Source: Promethearchaeota archaeon
Lineage (GTDB): Archaea; Asgardarchaeota; Lokiarchaeia; Sigyniarchaeales; SOKP01
Direction of reading: 5' to 3'
Length of the DNA: 64,000 nt
Assembly (NCBI GenBank): GCA_019058365.1
Contig: JAHPZE010000007.1
Coordinates: forward strand, 1 to 64,000
This document shows positions 11,156-20,838 of this stretch, in pieces. The position numbers were made by a program, and so were the translations under genes. The stretch's first letter is position 1. Each line of letters starts with the position of its first letter. The notes under the pieces are model-generated. The model was not told where the DNA came from. It saw nothing but the letters and a program-made list of their open reading frames with translations, and made no database searches.

Positions 11156-11285
11156 TTTATCTCCTCTTTTTTTATAATTATTATTACTAACTGCCAAATA
11201 AATACTTATCTTTGCATAGTACATTCGAACTCCAAGAATTTGAGCATTATTTTAAGAAATTAACAAACTATATTAATGAGTTATT

Positions 11286-12236
11286 TTAATTTCTTTTCTG
11301 ATTAACTATAATTATAATTGAGATTACTATAAGAATTGTACCGAGTAAATGTGCCAATGTAAAGTTTTCTCCAAGAAGAATTGTTGCATATATAGCTGAA
11401 GATATTGGAGTTGGAGCAAAAATTGTAGTTGCTTTTGATACGTCTAAATATGATAATGTTTTATACCAACATATTAATCCTGCACCGTAAACAGCCCCCA
11501 TCAGAAAAAAGAATGATAAATTATCCGGATCAAAAAAAATTTTAAAATCTGGAGTAAAAATAATTAGATATGTTAAAATTAGAATTACACCAGAAATAAT
11601 ATTTCTTATAAAAACCATTTGTATTGGTGTTGCTTCTTCCCTATTAAATAAAGGTTTTGTGAGAGTGTGGCCAAAAATCCACATTAAACTAATTAATAGT
11701 ATTATGCCTACTCCAATTAATATAGTGAGATTGATATCAATTAATGTGAAAAATTGGGTAATACTAATTGCTAATCCTAAGAAAAGTAATATTGAAAAAA
11801 AAATCTGTAACTTAGTTATCCTTTCTTTTAGAATAAGATAACCTAAAATTATTGAAAAAAAGACAGTAGTTTTTTGAGCCAAGGATCCATTAATTGCTCC
11901 AGCCATATCATAACCAATAAAAAAGAAAACTTGATTTACACCAAAAATTAAACCAATACCAATTAATAACCAAAAATTTTTCTTCCAATTTGAAAGAACA
12001 TGAACTTTATTAACATTTTTTAGTAGTTTATTCGCCTTCTGATTATGTGAATTTAATATTCTGAATTCAAATAATAAAATTGGAAAAAAAATCAATGCTT
12101 CAACCATACAAGTCATGGCTCCAGAAAGATAAGCATCAACTGCCGTTGGTCTCGAAATAGCAATTATAGGCTGCAATCCGACAAATATAATCCCGAAAAA
12201 ACCGGTTATCAGACCTTTTTTTGTATTCTTATCCAA
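11286..12236 (-). CDS. EamA/DMT family transporter
   Basis: About 10 TM helices in two repeats, LKERI and LGENF. Confidence 0.85.
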   Translation of the reverse strand: MDKNTKKGLITGFFGIIFVGLQPIIAISRPTAVDAYLSGAMTCMVEALIFFPILLFEFRILNSHNQKANKLLKNVNKVHVLSNWKKNFWLLIGIGLIFGVNQVFFFIGYDMAGAINGSLAQKTTVFFSIILGYLILKERITKLQIFFSILLFLGLAISITQFFTLIDINLTILIGVGIILLISLMWIFGHTLTKPLFNREEATPIQMVFIRNIISGVILILTYLIIFTPDFKIFFDPDNLSFFFLMGAVYGAGLICWYKTLSYLDVSKATTIFAPTPISSAIYATILLGENFTLAHLLGTILIVISIIIIVNQKRN

Positions 12237-12389
12237 GCTAATTATAAATAATTATATGGAGCTATAAAATTTTATTTTAATAGAAATTAAATTGTAATTT
12301 TATGAAGATTACGTTTTTATTAAGTAAAATTTAATTGATTAGGATAATTAAAAAAAAAGAACTTTTTAAATAAGTGGATGTGAATAAGA

Positions 12390-13205
12390 ATTACCAGTAA
12401 TTTTGCGATACAAACAAAAAACCTTACGAAAAAATTCGGTAATATCGTAGCTGTAAATAATCTAAATTTAAAAATTCCATATGGTAAAACTTATGGTTTA
12501 TTAGGTCCTAATGGAGCGGGTAAAACTACTACTGTTAGGATGTTAAACGCTATAATTTCACCTACCGAAGGAACTGCGCAAGTTGTAGGATATGATATTA
12601 TAACTCAAAGCAAACAAGTTAAGATAAACTGTGGTTTTTTACCAGAATCACCCGGATTATATCAAAAGTTAACAGCGAAAGAATTCTTGGAATTTGTAGG
12701 TGAGTTATATTATCTCCCAAAAGAAATTATCTCTACCCGTATTGAAGAATTATTGGATATCTTTGATTTGGAAGGGCGTGAGAATGATCTTTTAGAAGGA
12801 TACTCAAGAGGTATGAAGCAAAAAGTATGTCTATGTGCAGCGTTAATACAAGATCCTAAAATAATTTTTTTAGATGAACCAACTTCTAATCTAGATCCTG
12901 CAGCAGCTAGAATGGTAAAAGATCTAATCTCCGATCTCGTTAAGAAAGCTGATAAAACTATATTCATTTGTACTCATCTCCTTGATGCTGCAGAAGAATT
13001 ATGCGATTTAATTGGTATTATTGACAAAGGGGAATTAAAAGTTGAGGGAAGTCCAAAAGAAATTATTGATTCGGTTGGTGCAAAAGATTTAGAAGAAGCA
13101 TATCTGAAAATCATGGGTGTATCTAAAATTGAAGATTTATTAGCGTGGAGAGAAGAAATACCGGCTAATATCGAAAAAGATAAGAAAAAAAAAAAGAAAA
13201 AGTAA
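12390..13205 (+). CDS. ABC transporter ATP-binding protein, probable non-canonical ATT start
   Basis: Walker A GPNGAGKTT lies upstream of the first ATG (12540). The frame is open back to TGA 12381-12383 with no ATG/GTG/TTG. YSRGMKQK and LDEP motifs present. Confidence 0.85.
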   Translation: MTSNFAIQTKNLTKKFGNIVAVNNLNLKIPYGKTYGLLGPNGAGKTTTVRMLNAIISPTEGTAQVVGYDIITQSKQVKINCGFLPESPGLYQKLTAKEFLEFVGELYYLPKEIISTRIEELLDIFDLEGRENDLLEGYSRGMKQKVCLCAALIQDPKIIFLDEPTSNLDPAAARMVKDLISDLVKKADKTIFICTHLLDAAEELCDLIGIIDKGELKVEGSPKEIIDSVGAKDLEEAYLKIMGVSKIEDLLAWREEIPANIEKDKKKKKKK

Positions 13206-13218
13206 TAACTGGATAAGA

Positions 13219-14814
13219 ATGGCTCTTTGGAAAACAATTGCTAAAAACGAAATAAAGCTCAGAACTAATAAATTTCGAAATCATCGGTTATTATTTTTCA
13301 TTATTTTATACTCCTTTTTCATTATTTGGGCTTTCTTCTTAGCTCCAATGCTTTTTGACTTATTTATGCCTACATTGGTCGAAGTTATTCCAGAAATTAA
13401 TTTGACAGTCGCGTTAATTATTGAATATGTGTTGATGGCTTTTTTTTTATCCGTTTTTATATATCCTTTAAACAGTATTTATAGAAAAATTGAAATTGGG
13501 TTCAAAGAAATAATATTAGCATCACCAGCAACACCAGGTGATATTTTTTTAGGAGAAATCATAGGAAAATTACCAATTTATTTAGGGGGTGTTTTGCTTT
13601 TTACTCCAATAATAACGGGAATGCTCAACCCTATTATTAATTTGAGTCTAATTCAATATATAATTATTTATGTTTGTATTTTTGGATTAGTTTTATTTGC
13701 AACTTTATTAGGCTCCATTGTTGCCGCATGGTTAGAGCACAAAATAGCTAAAAATGATCGAGTAAAAGATTTGGGAAAAATACTGTTATTTCTCCTCTCT
13801 ATTGCAATGGTTGCAATAGTTTATACTCTGCAATTCTTATTTGAATATCTTATAACCAATCCTGAATTAAGGAATTGGGTGATGTTCTATCCTTCTTTAT
13901 GGTTTTCTAATATTATTTTATATTTTATTGACCCAAGCTTGATAAGTAGATATATTCTAAACATATGGTCTAGTGTAGCTCTAGTTATAATTATTCCACT
14001 GATAATTTTTTTAGTTGCTTACAAAAAAGCAGATACGTTTTTTAGTGTGGAAGGAGGTATAGAAAAAATATCCACTGTGATAAAAAGAGAAAATAAATTC
14101 TACAAATTAACTAGGAAATTATCAGGGCATAAATGGGAAGGATTGATTATAACTCAACTAAAGGAGTTTTTGAGAAGACGAGAAAGTATAATGAAATTTG
14201 TATATCTAATAGGATTAGTGGGTGTTTTAGGAGTACTTTTCTCAACCTTAGGTTTGGATTATTTAATTGGTCAATCAATATTAATTGCTATGATTATCAT
14301 TATAGGTGGAATAATGTACGGACTAATGTTTGGAAGCTATATATTTGTTGGGAGTAAAGACTTAATTTGGGTATATAAAAGATCTCCTCGTAATGTACAT
14401 GCTTTGGTATTTTCATATCTCTTAGCAATGTTAATCTTTAATATATTAATGGCATTTGGACTTACAATTTTCTTTGCTTTCCTTCTCAAATTTGACCTTT
14501 TTAATATTATATTTTTCTTTAGTTTCTATTTAATAAATAGTGAAGTAGTTATTTCTCAAGCAGTTGGAATCCAATGCTTAAGCCCTGCTTTTGAGGAAAA
14601 GGGTAGTTCGATGACAGCAAATAATCTTTTTTTAATGGTTCTTCAATTGATACCTTACCAATTCATACTCATGTTTATTATACTTGCATTTGATGTGCCC
14701 ACTTCTCCAATTTTAGCCAGATTCCACTATCTTATGCCTTTATTATTAATTTCTATTGCAAGTGCAATTCCCCTTTTAATTTTCGGATTAAGAAAGTTAA
14801 GTAAAATAGAGTAA
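13219..14814 (+). CDS. ABC transporter permease
   Basis: 531-aa multi-TM protein directly downstream of the ABC ATPase. Confidence 0.75.
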   Translation: MALWKTIAKNEIKLRTNKFRNHRLLFFIILYSFFIIWAFFLAPMLFDLFMPTLVEVIPEINLTVALIIEYVLMAFFLSVFIYPLNSIYRKIEIGFKEIILASPATPGDIFLGEIIGKLPIYLGGVLLFTPIITGMLNPIINLSLIQYIIIYVCIFGLVLFATLLGSIVAAWLEHKIAKNDRVKDLGKILLFLLSIAMVAIVYTLQFLFEYLITNPELRNWVMFYPSLWFSNIILYFIDPSLISRYILNIWSSVALVIIIPLIIFLVAYKKADTFFSVEGGIEKISTVIKRENKFYKLTRKLSGHKWEGLIITQLKEFLRRRESIMKFVYLIGLVGVLGVLFSTLGLDYLIGQSILIAMIIIIGGIMYGLMFGSYIFVGSKDLIWVYKRSPRNVHALVFSYLLAMLIFNILMAFGLTIFFAFLLKFDLFNIIFFFSFYLINSEVVISQAVGIQCLSPAFEEKGSSMTANNLFLMVLQLIPYQFILMFIILAFDVPTSPILARFHYLMPLLLISIASAIPLLIFGLRKLSKIE

Positions 14815-14824
14815 AAAATTTTTT

Positions 14825-16249
14825 TTATAAATTTTTAAGTGCAATTTTTTCTAATTCCCTAATTAAATGTTCATCAATAGGACATATGGAGGATGCATTT
14901 AATAGTTTAGATGCTTGTTCTTTAGCCCTTTTTCTAACAGATTTAGAACCATTCTGTTTCCAAGCATCACGCGTCATTCTATCTATTATTGGACTTGGAA
15001 AGAATAATTCTTTTCTAAAATATTTCAGGGTTGATGGATGGGATAAAAGTTCTTCTTTATCTTCATAATCTTTTAGAATTTCTGAAGCAAAAGGAGATCC
15101 ATGATCTTCAATACCTTGAATTAATCTTTTTACCATCCCTACTATTTCATTATCAATAATTAATTTCTCAATACTTTGGGTTGATTCAAAATCAAGCATT
15201 CCAGGACCAGAAACCATATTTATCCCTGCTAATCCTGCTAATAGAGCTCCCATGCCGGCTTCAAAACCCGCTTGACCATCGGGTACTTTAGAATCGCTAA
15301 GTGACATATATGCATGAGTGGGCAAATTTAAGAGTTTTCCCATTTCAACATCACCAAGATTTATCATCATCGTTTCTATTGCACCCATTGGTGTCGTTCC
15401 TTGTTTCATATCAAAAACAGCAGGAGAACCACCCCAGATTAAAGGAGCTCCTTGTTTGGTTAACTGAACTATTACAGTCCCAGCAAGGCATTCCGCACAG
15501 TGTTGAGTAATCGATCCAATCAAGGTGATTGGAGCACTAGCTCCCGCTAATGGCATTGAAACAAATTCAGAGGGGATCATACTTTTTGCAGCATCAATTA
15601 ATGATTGTGTAGTTAGATCTGACCATTTAAGAGGTGGACTTGGACATGCATCAAATATAGCCAGTGGTTTTCTCGCTAAATCATCTTCCGATTGCCTACA
15701 TGTTAATAGGATCTCTCGCATGATCGAGAAGCTTTCTTTGCGAAATGTTCCAGTAATAACGGGTTTATAGCAATTAGACAACGCGAGATCTAATCTATGC
15801 CAATCTTGAGCGTCTTTTGGTACATCATTATAAATTAATGCTGTACTTTGAGCATCGATATATTTCAATTGTTCAACTACTTTTGAAAATCTTATGAAAT
15901 CTTTTGATATTGCTTCTCTAATATCCCCTGTTTCCTCATCAAGGATGAAAATTGCAGCAGACCCTGGATCAAAATTAACATTATCTTCCTTCAAAGTAAT
16001 ATATTCATTACCCTCTCGGTCGTAAAGGGTAATCTCACTTGGTGCAGTATCTAAACATTTATTAATTAAATCTGGTGGGATATAATAACGTGAACCTTCA
16101 TGATTTATACCATTTTGATTAAATAACTCAATTGCTTCCTGATTCTCAATAAAAACTCCTTGAGTTTCGAGAATCATTTTAGCTTCTTCCAAAATCTTTT
16201 GTTTATGTTCTTCATCTAATATTTTTATCTGTGGTCTTATAATTGGCAT
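14825..16249 (-). CDS. mttB: Trimethylamine methyltransferase family protein, non-pyrrolysine (MtgB-like)
   Basis: SPPLKW, GASAPITLIG, SDSKVPDGQAGFE, GPGMLDFE motifs; Leu at the Pyl-equivalent position; no in-frame TAG. Confidence 0.85.
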   Translation of the reverse strand: MPIIRPQIKILDEEHKQKILEEAKMILETQGVFIENQEAIELFNQNGINHEGSRYYIPPDLINKCLDTAPSEITLYDREGNEYITLKEDNVNFDPGSAAIFILDEETGDIREAISKDFIRFSKVVEQLKYIDAQSTALIYNDVPKDAQDWHRLDLALSNCYKPVITGTFRKESFSIMREILLTCRQSEDDLARKPLAIFDACPSPPLKWSDLTTQSLIDAAKSMIPSEFVSMPLAGASAPITLIGSITQHCAECLAGTVIVQLTKQGAPLIWGGSPAVFDMKQGTTPMGAIETMMINLGDVEMGKLLNLPTHAYMSLSDSKVPDGQAGFEAGMGALLAGLAGINMVSGPGMLDFESTQSIEKLIIDNEIVGMVKRLIQGIEDHGSPFASEILKDYEDKEELLSHPSTLKYFRKELFFPSPIIDRMTRDAWKQNGSKSVRKRAKEQASKLLNASSICPIDEHLIRELEKIALKNL

Positions 16250-16277
16250 TTATTTATACTCCTAATGTTATTTGTTA

Positions 16278-17156
16278 TTAGAGAGAATTAATAATTTTGC
16301 GGATTTCCTTAATTGTTTTTGGAGATGTACCACAACAACCTCCTACAATTTTGGCTCCAAATTCGATCATTTCACGAATGTCATTAGCAAACTCCTCTAC
16401 GGGTTGTTCATAATAAATTTTCCCACTTTTAACTACGGGCTGGCCCGCATTAGGTTTTATAGATAAAGGTTTATCAGTAAAATTTTTAGCAGTCTTTAGT
16501 AATTTAAGCATATCCTTAGATCCTAATGTACAATTTGCTCCAATTACATCTATATTTTCATTATTCAATGCTTCTATACATTTTTCTAATGAATCTCCCA
16601 TAATTGTAAAGAACCCCCTTTTAGTCATTCTATAAGTGATTGATGCAATTAAGGGTTTTTTAGAAACATCTCGTACTGCTTTTATTGCTGCTAACATTTC
16701 TTCAAGATCTGAAATTGTTTCAATATGCCAAAGATCAACCCCTTTTTCTAATAATTTTGTTTGGGTCGAAAAACTAGAATACCATTGATCACTAGTAACA
16801 TTTCCTACTGGTGGTCTAAATTCACCTGTTGGGCCAATATCTCCAACAATTAAGCCTCCAAAAGGACGAGCTTTTTTGATATTTTCTAAAGCATTATCGA
16901 TAATCTCTTCAATTCGATTTTCAAGATTATAATGAGATAAGTTCAAGGGAGTTGAACCAAAAGTATTGGTCTGACACATATCTGAACCTGCATCATAATA
17001 TGATCGATGGATTTCAGAGATTACATCTGGTTGTTCAATATTTAAAATATCTGGGATTTTCCCGGATTCTAATCCTCTTTTGATAAGTTCACTCCCGAAT
17101 CCCCCATCAAAAAGCACGATCTTAGAATCATCCTTTAACCAATCTTTGAATGACAT
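16278..17156 (-). CDS. Homocysteine S-methyltransferase domain protein (stand-alone MetH module)
   Basis: LFDGGFG, TNTFG, GANC, PNAGQP, GGCCGT motifs. Confidence 0.9.
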   Translation of the reverse strand: MSFKDWLKDDSKIVLFDGGFGSELIKRGLESGKIPDILNIEQPDVISEIHRSYYDAGSDMCQTNTFGSTPLNLSHYNLENRIEEIIDNALENIKKARPFGGLIVGDIGPTGEFRPPVGNVTSDQWYSSFSTQTKLLEKGVDLWHIETISDLEEMLAAIKAVRDVSKKPLIASITYRMTKRGFFTIMGDSLEKCIEALNNENIDVIGANCTLGSKDMLKLLKTAKNFTDKPLSIKPNAGQPVVKSGKIYYEQPVEEFANDIREMIEFGAKIVGGCCGTSPKTIKEIRKIINSL

Positions 17157-17184
17157 TTTTTTATCCTCATGAATAGTATGATTT

Positions 17185-17832
17185 TTATTTATCCAAAAGA
17201 GATTTAACTAATCTAACGGCACCAATAGCATTTTCAGCAAAACCATCAGCACTACATTCTTCTACCCAAGTATTTGTTACAGGAGCACCACCTAGAATTA
17301 CTTTGAATCTATTAGCTAGATTTTTTTCTCTTAATAGTTCAATAACTTTTTTCTGACCCGTCATAGTAGTTGTTAATAAGGCAGAAATACCAATAATATC
17401 TGCATTTTTTTCAATAGCTTCCTCTACAATTTTTTCAACAGGAACATCAGCCCCTAGATCAAAAACATCATACCCATAAGCTCTTAACAATGTCGCTACT
17501 ATTGTTTTTCCAATTGAATGAATATCACCCTCAATTGTAGCTATAACAACTACGCCATGGGAAATTTTTTCCGATGCATCATGAAGATAAGGAATTATCA
17601 GATCCAAACAATTTTGCATTATTTGAGCACCTCGCATTAATTCCGGTAAGAAAAATTCACCTTCTTCCCATAAGTCTCCAACTTTCCGAATTCCAGCAGC
17701 AAATCCCTTTTCAATTACTTCAAGCAATTTCATTTTTTCCCTAACGGCTTTATTTGCATATTCAATAGCTTTTTTTTCATCTAGATTTACTATAGCCTTG
17801 GATATATCATTATAGAAATTCTCTTTTGACAC
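17185..17832 (-). CDS. Corrinoid (B12-binding) methyltransferase cognate protein
   Basis: GDIHSIGK, SALLTTT, GGAPV motifs; GTG start. Confidence 0.9.
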   Translation of the reverse strand: MSKENFYNDISKAIVNLDEKKAIEYANKAVREKMKLLEVIEKGFAAGIRKVGDLWEEGEFFLPELMRGAQIMQNCLDLIIPYLHDASEKISHGVVVIATIEGDIHSIGKTIVATLLRAYGYDVFDLGADVPVEKIVEEAIEKNADIIGISALLTTTMTGQKKVIELLREKNLANRFKVILGGAPVTNTWVEECSADGFAENAIGAVRLVKSLLDK

Positions 17833-17993
17833 TCAAATCTCTCCAAAAAAATTGTTAAATCACAATTAAAATTCAATTCAAATATTATTTATTTACATAT
17901 AATAAATTAGAAAAACCTTATTGTTGAATAGAAAAAAATATTTGCTAATTTTCTTTTTAAGATTTAGGTTGCAATTAATTAAATACAAGTGAT

Positions 17994-19361
17994 TTGATGT
18001 CAAGGAAGTTTTCGAAAGAACCGATTAGAGGAATGGATGATTATTATCCTTCAGATTTACGTGAAGTTAATTGGATAATTGAAACTATAAGGGATATAAC
18101 AGAAAGATATGGTTATGAAGAATATGCAACTCCACAAATAGAACCCGTTGAAATTTTTGCTGCGAAATCCTCTGATGAATTAGTTAATGAACAATCATTC
18201 ATAATTGAAAAAAAAGAAGGAGAAAGACTTATTTTAATCCCTGAACTTACACCTTCTTTAGCTCGGATGGTTGCTAAAAAAAGTCAAGAATTAAAAAAAC
18301 CTATTCGGTGGTTTTCTGTTCCAACATGCTTTAGGTATGAAAGACCCCAAAGAGGTCGCCGCCGCGCTTTTTTTCAACCTAATGTAGATATATTAGGTGA
18401 GGAAAGTCTTTATGCTGATCTCGAAATATTTAACATAATCATAGATATATTCACTGAATTTGGAGCTACAGCAGAACAATTTCAAATTTATTATAATAGT
18501 CGACGATTCATGGATTCAATCAGTAATTTTATACTTAAACTAGATATAAGCAAGATTCCTTTAGTTTATAAGGCTTTAGATAAATCTGATAAAATGGATG
18601 AAGAAGAATTTGAAAAATACTTAATTGATATATTTGAGGATGAAGTAATCATCCAGGGTATTTTTAAATTAAAAGATGCGAAAAGTGTTGATGAATTATT
18701 AAGGAAATTTGATAACATTCCTGAAGAATTTTATCAATCTGAAGGATATCTCGAAATAACTAATTTTAACCGGCTATTAAAGGAAATAAATCTTTCTAAT
18801 TATTGTACGTTCTCTTCTGGGACGGTGAGAGGTCTTGATTATTATACTGGAATTATTTATGAGGTATTTGATACTGGAAAAGAAAATATAAGAAGTATTT
18901 TCGGAGGTGGGCGATATGATGATTTATTATCAATATTTTCTGAAGAAAAAATAACTGGGACTGGATTTGGCATGGGAGTTTACACACTTTCTTTATTCTT
19001 GAATACGTATGGTTTAATTCCAAATGATATTAAAGAAAAAGATTATAGTGATACAATCTATATAGCGTCCATAAATGAAGATATGTCAACATATGCTTTT
19101 GAGCTTGCTAGAATCATCCGAGATGAAGATTTTCCGTGCATAATAGATTATAGATTTAAAAATCTAAAAAATCAACTGAAAAGAGCCAATGACTTGGGAG
19201 TTATTATTGTGTTAATCATTGGACCTGAAGAATTGACAGAAAGAACAATTACTATTAGGAATATGGTCTCTGAAGAACAAAAAGCTGTTGATTTAGATGA
19301 ATTAATAGATGAAATTTACGATATCATAGATCAATTTGGCAATAATAAATTTGAGCAATAA
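17994..19361 (+). CDS. hisS: Histidine--tRNA ligase
   Basis: RGMDD, PELT, FRYERPQRGR, VRGLDYYTG, GGGRYD motifs and an anticodon-binding domain. Confidence 0.95.
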   Translation: MMSRKFSKEPIRGMDDYYPSDLREVNWIIETIRDITERYGYEEYATPQIEPVEIFAAKSSDELVNEQSFIIEKKEGERLILIPELTPSLARMVAKKSQELKKPIRWFSVPTCFRYERPQRGRRRAFFQPNVDILGEESLYADLEIFNIIIDIFTEFGATAEQFQIYYNSRRFMDSISNFILKLDISKIPLVYKALDKSDKMDEEEFEKYLIDIFEDEVIIQGIFKLKDAKSVDELLRKFDNIPEEFYQSEGYLEITNFNRLLKEINLSNYCTFSSGTVRGLDYYTGIIYEVFDTGKENIRSIFGGGRYDDLLSIFSEEKITGTGFGMGVYTLSLFLNTYGLIPNDIKEKDYSDTIYIASINEDMSTYAFELARIIRDEDFPCIIDYRFKNLKNQLKRANDLGVIIVLIIGPEELTERTITIRNMVSEEQKAVDLDELIDEIYDIIDQFGNNKFEQ

Positions 19362-19504
19362 AAATTTTATTTTATGATATTAGATTTTATATTAAAAAGT
19401 TAAACCACAGTAAGAACAGATATTAAGTCGATTGTTTTCTAATTTTTCACCGCAATTAGGACTAAAAATGTCCTTCCCTAGCTAAATAATTATATAAACT
19501 CAGG

Positions 19505-20107
19505 ATGAATACTAAGATTATGCGCAAGCCATCAATTACTGCATTCAAAAAAGAATTGTCACCAGAACAACGTGAAGAACTACTCAGATCATTGAAAGCC
19601 CGTTTTGAGAAAAACATGAACCGCCATAAAGGTCTTGAATGGGCTAAAGTACAAGCAAAGCTGGAAGCTAATACTGAAAAACTGTGGTCACTCAATGAAA
19701 TGGAAAGAACTGGCGGTGAACCGGATGTTGTTGGTCATGATAAAAAGACGGGCGAATACATTTTTTATGATTGTTCAGAGGAAAGTCCTAAAGGCCGCAG
19801 AAATGTTTGTTACGACCGTGAAGGGCAGGAGGCGAGGGAAAAGCGAGGGGTGCATCCAGAAGGTAACGCTATTGATATGGCAGCTGCCATGGGCATTGAG
19901 CTTTTAACGGAAGAACAATATCGAGAGTTGCAGAAACTTGGAAATTTCGATATGAAGACATCGAGCTGGGTGAAGACACCTTCTGATATTAGAAAACTCG
20001 GCGGCGCCATCTTTGCTGATCGTCGCTACGACCATGTCTTCGTGTATCATAACAGTGCGCCCTCTTTTTATGGCGTTAGGGCGTTCCGTGGCTCGCTAAG
20101 GGTCTAA
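19505..20107 (+). CDS. DUF4256 family protein (bacterial-like, higher GC)
   Basis: RFEKNMNRH, EMERTGGEPDVV, CYDREG, RKLGGA and the ...RAFRGSLRV end; start may be ATG 19520. Confidence 0.85.
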   Translation: MNTKIMRKPSITAFKKELSPEQREELLRSLKARFEKNMNRHKGLEWAKVQAKLEANTEKLWSLNEMERTGGEPDVVGHDKKTGEYIFYDCSEESPKGRRNVCYDREGQEAREKRGVHPEGNAIDMAAAMGIELLTEEQYRELQKLGNFDMKTSSWVKTPSDIRKLGGAIFADRRYDHVFVYHNSAPSFYGVRAFRGSLRV

Positions 20108-20838
20108 ATTTGGACTTTGAATTTTAGCATTTCTTTGATTTTTGTTTTTGTTTTTTACGAGCTGCATTTTGTGGTTGCACCCGTTGTCCTTAAATTATTG
20201 ATTGGGGACAAAGTTCCATTTAATTTTCATTTAACTCAGAATAATGGTGAAAGCACAGTTAAAGTTGATTCTGTTACACGAGAGGGAAAATATCAAGCGA
20301 CAATAAGTGTAAGTGGAGATTACATTGAAAGAGGAGCTTCAATTGCTTGACTCTTATCTCTTTTTATAAGAATATATTGACAGAACTTAATATCCTTTAA
20401 AATATTTGAAATCTTGTTTTTAATTTCATTTTCATTTTCTTTAATGTTAAAAAATTCTTTTACATCAGAATATTCATCCAAATAGCCTTGAATATTCAGA
20501 TCGTTTGAATCCAAATGTTTTTCAAACTTAAAACACAACTATTTACAAAAAATGAAATTTTTGGATTTGTCAATAAAAAGAAGTAATTTGATGGATTTCC
20601 TAATAAATTTTGATTTCAGATTATTTTTAAAACTTCAAGTTTAATATCTTAAGTTTGACAACTTAACTTATATTTTATTGTATTCGGCAGGGCAGTTAAA
20701 TGTTGCGCACGTTTACTCCCTAAATTAATTTTTAAGATATATTGGCAACTCGGCAAGATCTACAACGAATCTTAAGATTAGTAATCCATTCTCAAATTAT
20801 TTTAACATGATGACCATATCTTTTTTTAAAGGAAATCG

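Noticed and set aside
20110-20820. Integron attC sites or real short genes (20117..20350, 20320..20538)
   Set aside because: ACAAC/GTTGT-like boxes occur, but I could not build a paired attC structure and there is no integrase; the ORFs look like scraps.
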